Below are positions 63,607 through 64,000 of a DNA stretch of 64,000 bases, one piece after another. The notes beneath the pieces were generated by a model that worked only from the letters and a program-made list of their open reading frames with translations, was not told where the DNA came from and did no database searches. Position 1 is the stretch's first letter. Every line of letters starts with the position of its first letter. Both the position numbers and the translations under genes were made by a program. The stretch comes from a virus (taxonomy: Duplodnaviria > Caudoviricetes), in IMG/VR virus record IMGVR_UViG_3300032218_003260. One strand, written 5' to 3'.

Positions 63607-64000
63607 TCACGGCGCTGGAGGTGGTGGCGGACCAATCCATGTTTCTCCGCCCGGCAATAGATTGTCAGCCACGTCGAGCGTGTTTTTAAGTCGCTGTACG
63701 TCTTCCGCTACGTCTTCGATAAATGCTTTGACTTCTGCCCGCGAGCGCAGAAGCACGTCAACGTAGTTCAGTCGAAACCACGCCGGGCGGTAATTTGGGA
63801 GCGGGTCGTCTTCTGGGTATTCTTCCAGATCCGTGGGCGAGCATACGTGGTCAAAAGCTCCGACCCGCTCTTCTGCGCCCGGTTTGAGTGGTAGCAGCTG
63901 ATAAGCGAATATTTTTGTCGGCATATTTACGGCGTCGCTGGCGGTAATGCGCACGCGAATGCCGTCTGTGGTTTCGTAGTTATATCGGCTGACCTGCCAC
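63607..64000 (-). CDS. hypothetical protein, 5' end outside the window
   Basis: Frame open from the window edge (WQVSRYNYETTDGIRVRIT...) to the stop at 63607. Confidence 0.65.
   Translation of the reverse strand, partial: WQVSRYNYETTDGIRVRITASDAVNMPTKIFAYQLLPLKPGAEERVGAFDHVCSPTDLEEYPEDDPLPNYRPAWFRLNYVDVLLRSRAEVKAFIEDVAEDVQRLKNTLDVADNLLPGGETWIGPPPPPAP

Noticed and set aside
1-64000. CRISPR array or TIGR-like dual-repeat array
   Set aside because: No regularly spaced repeats were seen in any non-coding gap, including around the IS110-like gene; a short degenerate array could be missed by eye.
1-64000. Stop-codon reassignment
   Set aside because: Coding density is near complete under the standard bacterial code, and core genes are uninterrupted.

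Overview
This 64 kb window is a gene-dense segment of a large dsDNA bacteriophage genome, and almost every gene is on the minus strand. The host is probably in Planctomycetota; this is inferred from planctomycete-type gene families and not proven. Layout: (i) about 2-23 kb is a replication/recombination block with a RecA/UvsX recombinase, a gp32-like SSB, a family-A DNA polymerase fused to a UDG-like domain, primase, a DnaB-like helicase, an SF2 helicase and SbcC/SbcD. (ii) about 23-50 kb is a long run of accessory genes, including two tRNAs, MazG, a ParB-like protein, a DUF6745 pair, a DUF3150/AAA/DUF2997/DUF1257 module and a dATP/dGTP diphosphohydrolase. (iii) about 50-64 kb holds an isolated plus-strand terminase large subunit, a GNAT, tRNA-Thr, a DenV-like glycosylase, a degenerate primase-like protein and CsrA. 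The most unusual observations are several recognisable enzymes that seem to have lost their catalytic residues. These are an IS110/Nop-fold protein wedged between SbcC and the SF2 helicase with no room for element ends, a CI-type HTH fused to a deoxyhypusine-synthase-like domain, and a rolling-circle Rep lacking its HUH histidines. There is also an 80-nt three-way-junction RNA candidate near 63.2 kb. All family assignments come from motif recognition by eye; no database searches were run.
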